A DNA stretch of 63,982 nucleotides, filler included, from Thelocarpon superellum (GCA_026025795.1; 3 parts of 3 records of this genome joined end to end with filler, not necessarily neighbours in it); one strand, 5' to 3'; numbered from the whole stretch's first letter, positions 51,073 through 63,890 are shown. Numbers and translations are program-made. The notes: generated by a model from the letters alone, not told the origin.

Positions 51073-53820
51073 CCTGTCGGCCGGCCAGCCGACGTCGGCG
51101 GCCGCCCCGTCCTCGGGCGCTCCCCGTCCGGGTCGTGGGACGGATAAGGACGGCGAGGATGCGGGTGTTGAAAGAAGGGAGGGAAGACGACGTCGGACGA
51201 AGTGGACGATCTGGGCCAACTTGACCAGGCCACGGTGGTTGGAAGGGTCAGAAAGGTGAGGTGCTCCTCGCACCGCTTCAGCTGCACCTTCAGGCCTGTC
51301 CGAGACGCGTGATGGGTGGAGATGCCGCGTGCGTGCAATATCAATGTCACCTCTCACCACACTCTACCAAGCAAGTGCACCGCACCGTGGTGGGAAGCTA
51401 TCACTCGTATCAATCGATTGGTGTTGAAGAAGATGACGTCGTTGTGGTGGCGTGCCTCTACGAATCCCCCAAGCCTCCAGGCCCCCGCCCGTCTGTCGAC
51501 ACATGAGCTCGGATAACTTATTTTGACAGCCGTCCCCTACTGCCACCAGGACGGCGTCCCACGGACGGACTAGATACTAAGGGGGATAGGCCACGGCAGG
51601 CTTGCATGTTCCAGTATCACGCAGCGCCATCGACCTCCGACGACGTTTGGCAAAGATACAGAAGGCCCGCCCACCCTGACCCGCTACTTTACTCGGACGA
51701 GGAGGGGCGCAAGAGGGCCGGACGACGCAACGTTGCGGCAGTACTACTCGAGGCGCGAACTCCGATTTGCTCGTGGCTTCCTAACGAGAGGTACAGACGG
51801 TTGGGACGCACGGTACTTGAACGGGAGGTATGCCGGAGACGAGGGCGCGGGTCTGTCGGACAGTACCCTACCGCGCATCCTGGCCCGTCTTCGGATGATG
51901 GCTCGCCCACCGCCCGGACAGGGGAGGGCAAGAAAGGCTTTACTGCACCTGCTGCGTCAATGGCCTCTTCCGGTGACGGACAGCTGCGGTCAGGCGGTTA
52001 TCGACCGCTGCGTCCCTATGAGGACGACCGTGCTTGTTCTCCACCCCCCTTTCGGTCGCTTGCACGAGTACCAGTCCTGATGGAAACGGAGGACAAAGGG
52101 CCCGCCGAGGTCTGCCAGATCGTTCGCGGCCGCGTCAGACTGGCCCCCTCGCTTGTCGCCGAAAGGAACCCGGTTCCACGGTGAAGAGCACCGGAGCAAA
52201 GCATGATCTCGCTCGATTCACTTCCAATGACCCATCCTGACGGGCGTTGGTCGCGCAGGTGTGGCCCGGTCAGCTAAAATGCGTAATCGCGTTGGTTGGT
52301 GGTGGCAGCGCTCCTGGCAGGACACGTTCCCGACCGGGAGGGAGGGGGGGCCTGGACCAATCATGGCGTCGTCCTGGTGCGAGAACGGAGTAAACTCGGG
52401 AGCGAAGAGCGACGGGCGACGGACGGACGGACCTCCACCGCCGCCCAACTAAGAAGTACGAGTAAGATATGCTACTCGTCGTCGTACTCTACCGCTGGGA
52501 CAGGCGCTCGCGAGTGAACCTGTGGACGAGAGCGAGTGCGAGAGCGAGTACATCGTACGTCAGTATGAACGCTGGGGGACGAGGCGCAAGTACGGGCCAG
52601 GTACTCGGGCGCGGGCAGTACTTGACAAGGACCGCTCGCTTGCACCTGGGCCGCCGCGGTAAACGAGGTGGCCGGCGTACTGCAGATGGGCCGGCGACCT
52701 TGGCGGTACGAGCAGGCGGGCGGCAGGCGTCGAGGCTGTCTGGTAGTTACGGTGCTCTGGAGAACCCTTGCTCGCCATTTCAGGGAGGCCCTGACAGCCA
52801 CCGCTACCAATCTCACCGGTGCTGGCCCGAGTCAAGCGATCCGAGTCCGCCCCTTCGCCTCCGCTTTCCACGGTTGCCGTAGCCTAGAGTCCGTGGTCCG
52901 ACTGGTCCGTCCGCTTCGCCATCCCATACGCCGCATGCCGCGCGCCGCACGCCCTCGTAGTCTGCAGTCCGTCAGTCGGTGGTGCACCACGCTTCCATGC
53001 TGCAGTTAGGAGGCACTCCCCCTACCCGCCCGTATGCACCAGTGGGCCCACGCTTGTACGAGGACCTCCGTCCCCCGACCCACCAGTCGGGAAGACCAAG
53101 CGCAGGCGCAGTGCCGGTGCAGGGGGAGCACCTCGAACATACTCTTCGCTCCGTCGACTCCTGAGCGCCCCCTCTACGCCGTCATTAATATCGGCCGTTC
53201 ATGGTAGGGCATGATCCTGTTCATTCCCCCCGTCCTCCCTGCCCAGTAGTGACGACGGCCTGGTCACTGCTTGGTCCGCTCGCAGCGTCCCTCATCGCAG
53301 CGCTCGACGCGCATGCGCCGGCAGTGCCGAGGAGTGGAGCCCTGCCGCACCCTTCCCTATCTCCTCCCTCGTCCATCATCGCCGCCTTCTTCCGCCGGCC
53401 CGCCGTACCTGGGTCGTGCGTCGACCCTCCCCGTCGCCCCACCGCTGCATCCTTGCATGTGTGGAGCCCCGGCAGGACCTATCGAGGCACCGAAATCCAG
53501 CCTCGCCATACGTGTGCTGGTTCATCAGCAGCGACGACCTGGACAGACGCCATCCCCCTGATCTAGGCGAGGCCGTCACCCTTCATCACCACCATCGCCG
53601 CCACCGCCACCACCACCACACTGGCCCCTTCCCCGGCTGATTGTGCTCTCCCGGCCGTCGGGTGTCGCTGACTCCCACGCCTGCGCCCTCACCCATATCC
53701 GGATCTGGAGTTGGTGCGCTGCCCCAAAAACCGTGGGCGACCAACCCTTGCCCCCTCCGAGGCCCTGTCCTCGTCCTGCGGGGAGGATCGGCGTCGCCGC
53801 GCCTCGAGCACATCCTAGCG

Positions 53821-56800
53821 ATGTCCACCTCGACAGCACCACCGGTCCCCCCACCCAATGCTGCCACGGGGCTTGGTCGCACCGTCATCCACGCGCGGCA
53901 CTCGCGGGCCAATTCCGTCTCGTCCTCCTCCGTGGTGACGATTGTCTCGCGCACCCGCAGTCCGGATCCGTTGGGGGCCTCACGACCCGCGACGTCGCCC
54001 ATCTTCGCCCCGACGCAGGAAAGCGCGAGCTGGCATCGGCCCATGGCCCCGGCTGATCAGTCCCGGCGATCGAGTCTGGTCCTCGCTGCCCGTGACGCGG
54101 CGGCGGCTGCTGCCACTGGCCCGGTCAAACGATGGTCGCAGTCCTCCGCCTCGAGCGTCTCGTCCGGCGGCAATCGTAAGGGCCGTCTGTCGACGGGCCT
54201 GAGCTTCCGCGCCTCCACCTCGTTTGGCTCGTGGCGGAGCAACGGGGACGCAGCTTCGCCTTCGAACAACATCCTGTCCGCAGCCCGACCAACAGCCCGG
54301 AGTCCGCAACGACCGTCCTCCTCGTCCAAGCATTCACCCCCCTTGACCTTCCGGAGTAAGCCAGCCGCCTCGGCGGGGACTGGAGCTGCTGCCTCTCTCG
54401 AAAATCCCGTCGGCGCCACTCCCTCGCTCTCCAAGATCGTGGATGATTCCTCCTTGCCCACCACTCCCGCCCTCAACACCCCCGACACCAGCGAGCTGCT
54501 GACGTCCACGACCGCGGCCGCCCCGAACGCGGATTACTTCGGTGCCCCGTGGCAGCACCGAACATCCCCCAAATCAAGACCCAACCTCCCACGCACCCAC
54601 ACCGCGCCGGTCGGCCCCGTCACGGCCCCGTACCCTCGCCCTTTCCCCCCTCCGCATCCGCTTCGACCGCCGTTGTCGGAGTACGGCGCCTTGACGGCCA
54701 ACGAGACCGACCGCGCGCGACGGTCCCAACGAGGCTCATCCCAGCCCGGCATGAGTGCGGGAAAAGGCGGGGACGGTGCCGAGCTCACGGGGGGCGCCGC
54801 ACCCAGACCCCGTCGGAGAAAGGACCGCGATCGAGACCGGGACCGAGATCGCGATCGAGACCGCGAGCGCGGCGAACGACATCCCTCACAGAAAGCAATG
54901 CTGTCCAAGGCATTACAAAAGGCCAACACGGCGGTCTTGTTGGATAATGCCCAAAACTACGAGGGCGCCATGGAAGCCTACAACCACGCCTGTACCTTAC
55001 TCCAGCAGGTGATGAAGCGGAGCTCGGGAGACGAGTTCCACCGCAAATTGGATGCCATCGTGAGTACTCCGCACGTCATATGGAGAGATATTTCCTGACC
55101 CAGTCGCGATCTATAGCGCCACACCTACACCGCCCGCATCGGCGAGCTCCAGACGATGCCGCTGGTGGACCGGAACGAGGGCAAAGCTCTCCCTGAGCGT
55201 CCGCGGAGCGACTACATAGATCGTGACTCGTCGTCGCTATCCATTCCCAGCAACGGCGAGGAGGAGGTCCGGCTGATGGTGGACGAGGTGCCGGCCATGA
55301 CGGGCCCTCGGGTAGCCCGCACCATCGAACCGTCTCTGGTCCCGCAGCGGCGAGAGTCGCTGCTTCCGTCCGCATTTGAGAACATCACGCCGCCGAAGAC
55401 GACACGAGTGGTGGTCTCCACGGCTCCCGCCCCGAGCGCACGCCGGGAGGCGCCGAGTCAGCTGCAGGTGCCCATGGATCGAGAGTACATGCCACCGCCC
55501 CTCTCGCCCCGCCGCCCCCTGTCGCCGGCGGCCGTGCCGTCGCCCGAGCGGGCGACTGGCGTCTCGCCCTCGGACGAGGCGCCCGAGCCCCTGTGGTCGC
55601 AAGGCCTGGGCCCGATGTCACGGCAGCGGTCGCGCGCCGACAGCACCGAGTCGACGTCATGGCTGGACACGATCGACGAGTCGGCCGGCTCGTCGGCGTC
55701 GTCGGTACATTCCCGATCGTCGTCGATGCACCTACGGCGCAAGCACATCCGGGCGGCCAGCGGCCAAACCGAGGCGGAGTTTGATGCCGCCCTCGATGCC
55801 GCGGTCGAAGCGGCCTACGACGACGGCTTCGAGGTGGCGGCGGCGGCGGAAGAGGAGCAGCGCTTCCACGCCGACCTGGTGTCGAGCGCGCGGCGGAACG
55901 TGGAAATGGCCAAGGAACGGGTCCGGGAAGCGGAGCGTGAGGCCGCTATTGAATTCGCCAAAGAGCAGCACAAGAGCCGGCTCCAGGATAACGCCTTCCG
56001 CCATCTGCCGGATCAGCTGGACGTCGACTACGGCGAGGAGGAGGCGGAAGAGGAGGAACGGATGTTGAAAGAGATGACAGACGGCTACATGATGGAGGAG
56101 TCGGAGTTCGACCTGCAGTCTAAATCCGCCCTGCCCCGTCAATCCGACTCCAGTGGCTTCTCCGGAGGCACGTGGGGCAGCTCCATCGGGTCCAATCCCA
56201 CGACCGCGGCCACGTCGCTCCAGACGCTCGCCGAAGCCCCTGTCCTCCCCTCCTTACCCACGCAACTCAAGCCCAGGGCCGCGTCGGTGGCCGTCGCCTC
56301 CTCCACCACGTCTGGGTTGTCCACCACGGTGACACCGACGACGCCCCACCCCGACGGGCCTCGTTTCCCCCCGCCCACGACGGCGCCGCCGGGTCCGCCC
56401 AGCCCGTCTGGTGTCCAGTCGTTGAGCGTACGCAATCGGCGACTGTCGGCGCGACTGTCGGGGCAGAGCCAGAACCCCAAACCGCTCAAGATCGAAACAT
56501 CCAAGCTCCCGCCGGGGACGACGGCGCCGCTGACGGAACCCTCGAGTGAATCACCGTCGTTTGGGACGGACGGTGCCGCCCCATTGAGCATCGCCAAGGC
56601 GATACCCGTGGCTCCGGCGACAGCGACGACGCAGATCATCGCCGGGTCGATCATGCGGGCGCAAGCCATAGCGGTCCCGGCCCTGGCGACACGGCAAGTG
56701 TCCTCGCCCGTGCCGGGGCCGAGCCCGGCCGAGGGAACGCCCACCACGGCGAGCGCGACGCCCGCGCTCTCCAAGACCATGTCGACGGAAAGCGAGAGTA

Positions 56801-58068
56801 GTCTCCCCCCAATGCCACAGTCGGGGTCGCCCAGTCGGCGCAACGGACGGGGTGCCAAAACGACGGAGTACCTGCGCAAGATTCACTCATCGTCCAGCCT
56901 CCGGTCCCGCAAGTTCGAGATGTCAAGCCCAGAGGAATCGGAGCCCTCGCCGAGCACGCCCGTCGGCAACAATTTTGCCCATCCACCACCGGCCGTGCCC
57001 AAGACCCACGCGCCGTCAATGCCCGCGCTCCCAACGCCGGTGACGGCGAGCTTCAACGCAAGCGCGCTCCCCAGCGGCGGGCTCTATCTCTTCGACCACG
57101 ACATCCATGCGCCGCTTACGCCAGGCTCACCCAACCCACTGGCGACCAACGCCCCGGCACCGCTCGAGCCTTGCCCGTCGGACCCGGTGCTGCGACCATT
57201 CTGGCTGATGCGCTGTCTCTTCCAAACGATCGCTCACCCACGCGGCGGCTACCTCTCGACCCGGCTCTTCGTGCCCACGGACGTGTGGCGTGTCAAGGGG
57301 GTGAAGCTGAAAGCGGTGGAAGAGAAGGTGTCGTGCTGTGACTTCTTGACGGCGGCGCTGTTGAAACTGGGCAAGGTCGACACGTGCGATGCGGATGCGG
57401 TTCACGAGGAGATGCAGGCGCTCGAGGGTGTGCTGGACCAGGTGCAGACGACGCTGCAGAAGAAACTGGGGCACGACGTGGGCGTGCACGGCACCTCGGC
57501 GCTGCTCAAGGACGCGCCGCCCATGGGCGACTTGGGTGCGCACGCGGAGGCCGCGCCGTCCAAGACGGCGAGCGGGTCGAGCAAGTCATCGTATCTGTCG
57601 TGGAAGCGGCTTCGCTCGAAGAACTCGGGGCCTGCCTTGACGACGGCGTTTGTGGGGATCCGGGAGACGGGCAAAGACCGTGAGGCGGCGACGATGGCGT
57701 CACTTCCCATGACGGCCACCCCGGCTGCACGCGCGCACAAGCGTGATCCGGCCAACCTGACCTTCAGCGGGCCCAATGCCACGTATCGCAGTGCGCTGGC
57801 GCGGCTGTTCGACGCCGCACAGTCACTCGGTGAGTTTCGTTTGCCCCCGCACCAAGATGTCAGACTGACGGACGTGGTAGATCAAATCGCCCGCCAGGTG
57901 GAGGATCCCGGTCTCAAGCACTCGTCACCGGCGCACGTAGGATTGGAGCTCAGCACACGACATGCGGCGGAATTCTTTGGCTTCTATGTGTGTCGGTTTG
58001 CGCTGGGGGACATGTCGACGATGCTCGACAAGTTCATCAAGCGAGGAAGTGAATGGGTGGTAGTGTGA
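53821..58068 (+). CDS. MIT-domain-containing protein
   Basis: KAMLSKALQKANTAVLLDNAQNYEGAMEAYNHACTLLQQV...KLDAI|RHTY MIT helices; C-terminal blocks LRPFWLMRCL, HPRGGYLSTRLFVP, FFGFYVCRFALGD...KFIKRGSEWV; introns at about 55060-55116 and 57830-57880. Start uncertain. Confidence 0.85.
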
Positions 58069-58437
58069 TCTCTTCGCCTCACCCTGCCTTCCCTTGCCTC
58101 GCCCTGGCTCATCCTTGTATATAACCCGTCCATCTTCGTTGTATCTACCTTTGACTACTGGACATCGATGTGGCCGTGACAATGACCATGGCCGATTTGT
58201 ATATTGATGCCAGCGACGTCGGATTGAGGATGAGAGCATGTGAACAAGTGCTGTACGATTCGCGACACGCACTGTTGCGCGATGGAGGTAACGGATATGA
58301 TAAAGCTAGCAGACGAGTGAATGAAGTCGATCCAAGTCAAATAGGTTCCGCTTGACGTAATACCATCCATCCTTTCAGCCAGTCATCCTAGCGCACCACA
58401 TCCCAAGTCGCACCATCCTCGGTCCTGATCTCCCCGC

Positions 58438-59382
58438 TCAAGCAACACCTCCAGCCTTCTCATTCCCAGCGTCCTCTGCCTTCCCAGCCCGCGCGGTATG
58501 AGACGCCGGGTCAACAGAGGCGGCGGGGTTGGCAGCAGAAGCCGATGTGGAACAGGTGGCGCCGCGACCACCCCTCCTGTATGCGATGTGGAAGCTTATC
58601 ACGTCCGTGACCAGAAAGAGGATCCTGTCATCGTTAGCTTATCCGTTCTTGTCTATTCTTCTTCACTCTCCCCTCGAGGAGACGGTGCTGTGGGGGGGGA
58701 CCAACATCATGATGGAATCAAACGCCTGCTTCGCCGCCACATTGGGTCCTTTCTCGCCCACGATCCCCGCACCATGCGGGTGAAGACCGGTTCCTCCAGA
58801 ACAGGCGCACGTCAGGGCGGGGTAGATGACGCTGAAGCTGAAGCCAGCGCCTTGTGCGCCATCCGAGCTTCCACCGCAGGTGCCACAGAGCTCCGAGCAA
58901 TTATAGGTGGAGTCGGAGATGGCCGCGATCCAGAGGCTCAGGAAGCTGATGTCGATGAAGAACTGAAACATTCGCGACCATGGAAGGGGCCATTTGTGCG
59001 CCGGGCCCGTGCTGACGATGAGATACAAGACGGGGGGGAGGGTGATGGCGGCCTATTTTCATTACACACCCACGTTGGTTCAGCCTAGTTCGTCCTCCTC
59101 TGGCTGCTTTCGATTTCGTTCTTCTTCGTCGGGCTTTGTACCCATCTTCTTGCTTCTTCCACTTCTTGAAATGACTGTCGTACGAGCGGGGGAGAGTGCA
59201 GGAGAGAGGGGTCATACGCAAACCACGTTGTAGATAAGCTGCCCGGGCGCTGAGCATTGGACGCCATGCCACGACACGATGGCTGGAGCCGTGAGACCCA
59301 GAACGATGCTGGCACCGATAAATTGGCACAGCCTCAAGTACCAGACGAGTTTGCTGGCGCGGAGGTCGAGATCGTTGGGCAT
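58438..59382 (-). CDS. Four-TM MARVEL-like membrane protein with a Cys-rich loop
   Basis: LRLCQFIGASIVLGLTA (MARVEL-like first helix), YNVVC|AAITLPPVLYLIV, FFIDISFLSLWIAA, AKQAFDSIM|ILFLVT; two introns. Confidence 0.65.
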
Positions 59383-60856
59383 GTTGGCGGTGGACGACGG
59401 AGTCACGCGACACGCAGGGATCCTTTGTATGGTCGCGGGGGTAGAAGGGGGGGGGCAAGGGGGCAGCTAGAGACAGCGAAAGAGTAGATATGGGGCGAGC
59501 AATACGTGGAGCTTTTCTTTCAGGCTCGGTGAGAGAGATGGTTTCCTACCGTACACAACGACCGAAGCAGAAGCAGAGGAGCCAGCCGCGACAGATGACG
59601 ATGGACAGGGAATATATATCGCTACTCGTCCACCGCAGCGCCAGCATGGGGAGGGCAGATGGCTGAGGTCGATCGCCGATCGCCGATCACCCCAAAGCAC
59701 GGAGTCAAGGAAATACGGGTTCGATGCTTCGTGGTGACTACGAGTATGGGGGCAGTGAGTTCCCGGCGTGCCAATGATATGCGAGAACGGAGGAGACGAG
59801 GACGGGAGCGAGAACGCCAACGTAGGCGACAGGGCGCAACGGGCAGAGCCTCATGCATGGGCAAGCGAGGACGCAGAGACAGGGCTGAGCCTCCTGATGG
59901 CACTTCGCACGAGTACGAGTACTGGTACCCGATGGAGGCAGGGCTCCCCGTACCGTTGATGGCACGGCAAGGCGGTAACGGTAACTTCCATACGCACTCG
60001 AGAGAGACCATCTTCATGGTGGGAACGGCCATGTTCCTGGTAAGAGGAGGGTGTGATTGGAGAGTGCATTCATCCTCGCTACGAGCACCAAACTCCGCAC
60101 ATGCCAGCCAGGTATCCTACCTGCGCCACGACGGGATTGACACCCGACACCGCCAACGGATTCATCCCGGTATGGATGCGGCTACGACCATCATGCTACT
60201 AGTGCTCTACAACGACAGTGCTACTGTTACAACTGGGAGTAGTAGGACGCCTTGCGCCCGACGTGGGAGGGAAAGAGAGGGGAAGATGGGGGTCGAGGGA
60301 CGGATCGGAGCAATCTTCATCCGGTCGGCAGGCGCAGAGCTCGTGTTCGATCGGCTACGTGCGTAGGATTGGAGCGCGCTTCCACCTTCACCCGACTTCC
60401 CCTCACATCCCATGTCGACCGCAAGCACCCTGCTGCGGCGATGCGCTGTTGACCGTTGATTCTTTCCGCGGCAAACGGACGCACCAGACTGCCACTGACG
60501 TCAAGGTCAGGGGTATCGATCAAGGAAGTGCCGCTGCTTTCTTCGCCATGGCTCGCCCGTCACCCAAGGCTGCATCCCCGCCCCTGTGCTACGTGCGTCG
60601 TCAATTCAGTCGTGCATGGTAAGTACGATGCTTGTGATTCACCTAGCTAGCCAGCTACAAATGTAGAGGTACCAAGAACGTAAAGATATCTACGATGCCC
60701 TCACCCTCGTCTCATCCGGACGTCGTCGCTCTATCTGGGTGTGCTGCGCGACCCGCGCGAGCCCTCGCACGATTCTCCGACGTTGTTGCCGTGGGCAGAG
60801 CTTTCATGAGTGGATTGATTCTTCTACCCAGCTAAGCCGGGAATGGTGCATATACC

Positions 60857-61008
60857 TGTTGGAAGATGACATAATCAGCAGTTGGTCATGGAAGGCAGAG
60901 AGGGAAATGCCGCTTTCTCGGTTCCCATATAATTGGTATGGAGAGACCCAAGCAGAGTTTTGATATCTAGCCTTATTACTATCTACACTGCGTCCTCCCT
61001 ACGCAACA
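60857..61008 (+). mobile_element. Solo-LTR-like element family B, copy 2 (152 bp)
   Basis: TGTTGGAAGATGACATAATC...GAGACCCAAGCAGAGTTTTGATATCTAGCCTTATTACTATC...CGCAACA, colinear with 10890-11167. No clear TSD. Confidence 0.65.
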
Positions 61009-61016
61009 ATGATAGC

Positions 61017-61400
61017 TTGCAGAATAGCTTCTGTCATAAAAAGACACTCATCCCAGTGCACAATTTGGGGTGCGTCAGTACTGTGGAGGCTCCATACGGG
61101 AGCTCCAGGCATTTGACTAAGCTGGCGCACGTGACCCACGAGAGCTGTATATCAGACCGACGGATAGCTTCTGTAGAAGAAACCACCCATTCGTGATGAG
61201 ATTTCCGGGCGTGCGACAGTACTGTCGAGGGTGATCACGGCAGCTGCAGCCACTGTAATTCGCCACCCACGTGACCCATTCCCAGGTGTATGATACCTCG
61301 CAGAATGGCTTCCGTAGTGTGAATCACCCATCCTAGTTTAGGATTCGGGGTGCGTCAGTACGACATACCGGAGGCTCCCAGAGAAGATGAATTGACCCCA
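61017..61400 (-). repeat. Degenerate ~140-bp tandem repeat (about 2.6 units), probable repeat-protein relic
   Basis: Blocks AGCTTCTGT (61026/61166/61307), GTGCG(T/A)CAGTAC (61070/61211/61350) and CACGTGACCCA (61128/61268) recur at 139-141 nt spacing. Confidence 0.75.
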
Positions 61401-61860
61401 ATCAACCCGGCCCCCGGCCTTCATGAATGTTAGCGTCGTGAACTCTTGCCACCTCGACAACGCGGGATTCGACATGGTCAACATGCCCGTTATGCGAACG
61501 AAGATGTGCCCGGGCAGGCCCAGAGCGGATGGAAAACGTGCAGAGAGCGGAAGAAGAAGTGTGATGAGAGGAGGCCGGAATGTACGTACCTGAAGCGTGT
61601 CTGGCGAGGTGCACCCGACCTCTAGCGCTGACGACATTGCCCGGTCCTCTAGACGGCGAGAACATGCCCTAGCGCAAGCCTCAGAGGAGAGGATATCAAG
61701 ACCAGATGTGCCTGGTGGACTGGGGCCTGCTGGTAGTCCCGCCGAACGAGTCGCGGCACACCATCTCCCCAAGCCCCCCAACGCGCTGGGCACCCCACCC
61801 CTACCACATCCATTTGGATATCTTCAAGAAGGTATGCCGGCGAACGCTGTCAGCAAGCTC

Positions 61861-62124
61861 ATGGGCCAGCTTGACGTCTTCAAGCTGGGGAACTCGGACC
61901 GTGCAACATGCGATGAGGGAGTCCTCCCAAACACCAACGTCCGCAGATGCGTCAGTGGAGGGGTCGACTCAGGCACGTGAATCGCAGATGACAACGGGTG
62001 CGTGGTGGGCATTGTGTGGGCCTCGTCACACCAAACGCACGTCACCTACGTCACACCAATGACCCACATCTTAGAGCATCTTGGTCGCATCTCGGGGGAA
62101 CGAGCGCATCGGTTTGTCGAGTAA
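61861..62124 (+). pseudogene. Trypsin-like serine-protease domain relic
   Basis: VFKLGNS...GGVDSGT*IADDNGCVVGIVWASSHQTHVTYVTPMTHILEHL resembles the GDSGSxVxDxxGxxVG...TYVTP end of trypsin-like domains; in-frame TGA at 61978-61980. Confidence 0.5.
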
Positions 62125-62343
62125 ACGGCCCAATGAGGATCGACAATGGTGCCACAATGTCGCAATACCACCATGCCATTTCTGATTGTCATGCTATCGA
62201 ACAACACGAGGGCATCCTTTGAATGTATGAAATTGCTCTAACTCACTCTAATCCCATGATAATTCCGTCTTAAGAAAGAGAAGCCCCCCATTTGTCCCAC
62301 AGAATCACGCCAAGCACTGTAGCCCCCCTGGTCTGCAAAGACC

Positions 62344-62793
62344 CTACTGGCACAAGCCGTGGCCGCAAGGCTGAGTGACATAGTTGACAGTGAACAGCAC
62401 GAGTCCTGGGTCTTGTTTACTTTCATCTAATCCATCGGATTGGACAAGACTGCCACATTTTTGGCATGGGAGCCTCGAGAGCTCGTCCACAGCAGCGATG
62501 GCATACTCGCCACGTGCTCCGGACGCTGGGTCCAAACCATAGGGCTGGTAGAAGGCACAGATGCCCGGCCCTGGACGTGGCTTGACGCACGCGATCTGCT
62601 CTTCCACCATGAAAAGTCGACTGGTGTTGACCCCGTTGATCATGTCGTGCAGCTGCTGAATGCAGCCCGAGCTGCCGCCGCATGCGAAGCCGGCGCACAT
62701 GCCGCTGCCGTTGCAGTCGTATTCCAGAAATTCCTGTGCGACACCACGGGTGGCGAGCAGGGCGATGATGCCGAGGACAAGGCTAAAGAACAT
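62344..62793 (-). CDS. KP4 killer-toxin-like secreted protein
   Basis: Signal peptide MFFSLVLGIIALLATRGVA; DCNGSGMC (KP4 NCRGSSQC), GICAFYQ, CQKCGS (CRVCGS), FTVNYV (LTVNYV); 10 Cys in the mature region. Confidence 0.88.
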   Translation of the reverse strand: MFFSLVLGIIALLATRGVAQEFLEYDCNGSGMCAGFACGGSSGCIQQLHDMINGVNTSRLFMVEEQIACVKPRPGPGICAFYQPYGLDPASGARGEYAIAAVDELSRLPCQKCGSLVQSDGLDESKQDPGLVLFTVNYVTQPCGHGLCQ

Positions 62794-63688
62794 CTTAAGA
62801 GAGACGAAGGTGAGACTGATGCGTTTGTAGGAGAGAGCAGTGGCTTTGGGGACCCGACTGTTCAGCTTGCTTAGATTCCTCTGCAAGGCAAAGTCATCCA
62901 CGACGTGCGACCGGAACCACCAGATATATACTGTACTGCACCTGTTTCCTCCAACAAATCCTTCGAAGGAGCGTTTCAAATCCAGAATCCAAAGACAGGC
63001 TATGCACTACACTGCAATGCCTTTACACCTTCGCGCAAATGAACCAGCACTGCAAAGCAATGCTTCCAAGCTGTGGTTTGAATCATGCAAGGGAACTCAC
63101 ATGGTCACGCCCGCGTATTTGTTCGGGCCACACCTCCCTTCAAGCTCTTGAGCGCCTGCTGGCGCTAAAAACATCACCCATGGCTTGGCACTGCTCTGCC
63201 ACCATGTTAAGCGTTCTGGCGAGCGGGAAGAATGCGCCGCGGACAAGCCCTGCACGCTATGTATGGGACCACCTCGTTTCAGGCTTCTCCCATGATGTTC
63301 TATGTCCCTGCTAGCGTTCTGTGAGGCGGGAAGCTCCACGCCTCGCTGTGAGGATAGGAGAAGTCATGTGATAGTCATGTGATATGGCATGTGACCTAAG
63401 CCGCTGTACATCTATCAAGTCCCGCTGCGAGCTAGCAGAGCCCCAGCGTTCAACGCGAGTAACACGACGAAGTCAGGAAGAGGTCTACAAACCCTGGAGC
63501 GTCACGACGCTCCACCTCCATGCCTATGTCTACGTTTCCACCTAGCGGTAGGCTTCGTCGTCACACCGATAGTTTTACGCACCGCTTCGCAGTATGGACG
63601 CGCTAACCATGGCTCATAACTTATTCGGCTACAGAAGAAGATACGCCACCCCGGCCGGAGGCGTTCCGGATTATCATACATGGTTATC

Positions 63689-63779
63689 TGTAGGAATCAG
63701 ATCTGAATTGCTAATCTACGCGTAGTCTGGGATAGTAATTGGAGTTGGCACGTGACCAGATCACGTGCGCGCTCCTACA
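63689..63779 (+). mobile_element. 91-bp mini-element family A, copy 4
   Basis: TGTAGGA...TCCTACA ends; about 4 differences from consensus, including a 1-nt insertion; 4-bp flanks TATC/CATA do not match. Confidence 0.88.
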
Positions 63780-63856
63780 CATAGTTCTCTATACAACGTC
63801 GGACGCTGTACGCAGAGAAAAGGACTAAGCGAGTTGCGTCCAACATACACTTTCAC

Positions 63857-63890
63857 TCATCTCGTCTCATCTCGTCTCATCTCGTCTTAT
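63857..63890. repeat. (TCATCTCGTC)3 decamer repeat
   Basis: Three tandem units. Confidence 0.75.

Noticed and set aside
59032..59038. Apparent frameshift at the G7 run in the MARVEL-like gene
   Set aside because: With the acceptor at about 59053 the run reads in frame (AAITLPPVLYLIV).
61017..61400. CRISPR-like repeat-spacer array
   Set aside because: Eukaryotic context, degenerate blocks, only 2-3 units and no cas genes; better explained as a diverged tandem duplication.
63347..63565. Third LTR-like element (TGTGAGGA...TCGTCACA) with GTCATGTGA repeats
   Set aside because: Imperfect termini, no TSD and no second copy in the window.
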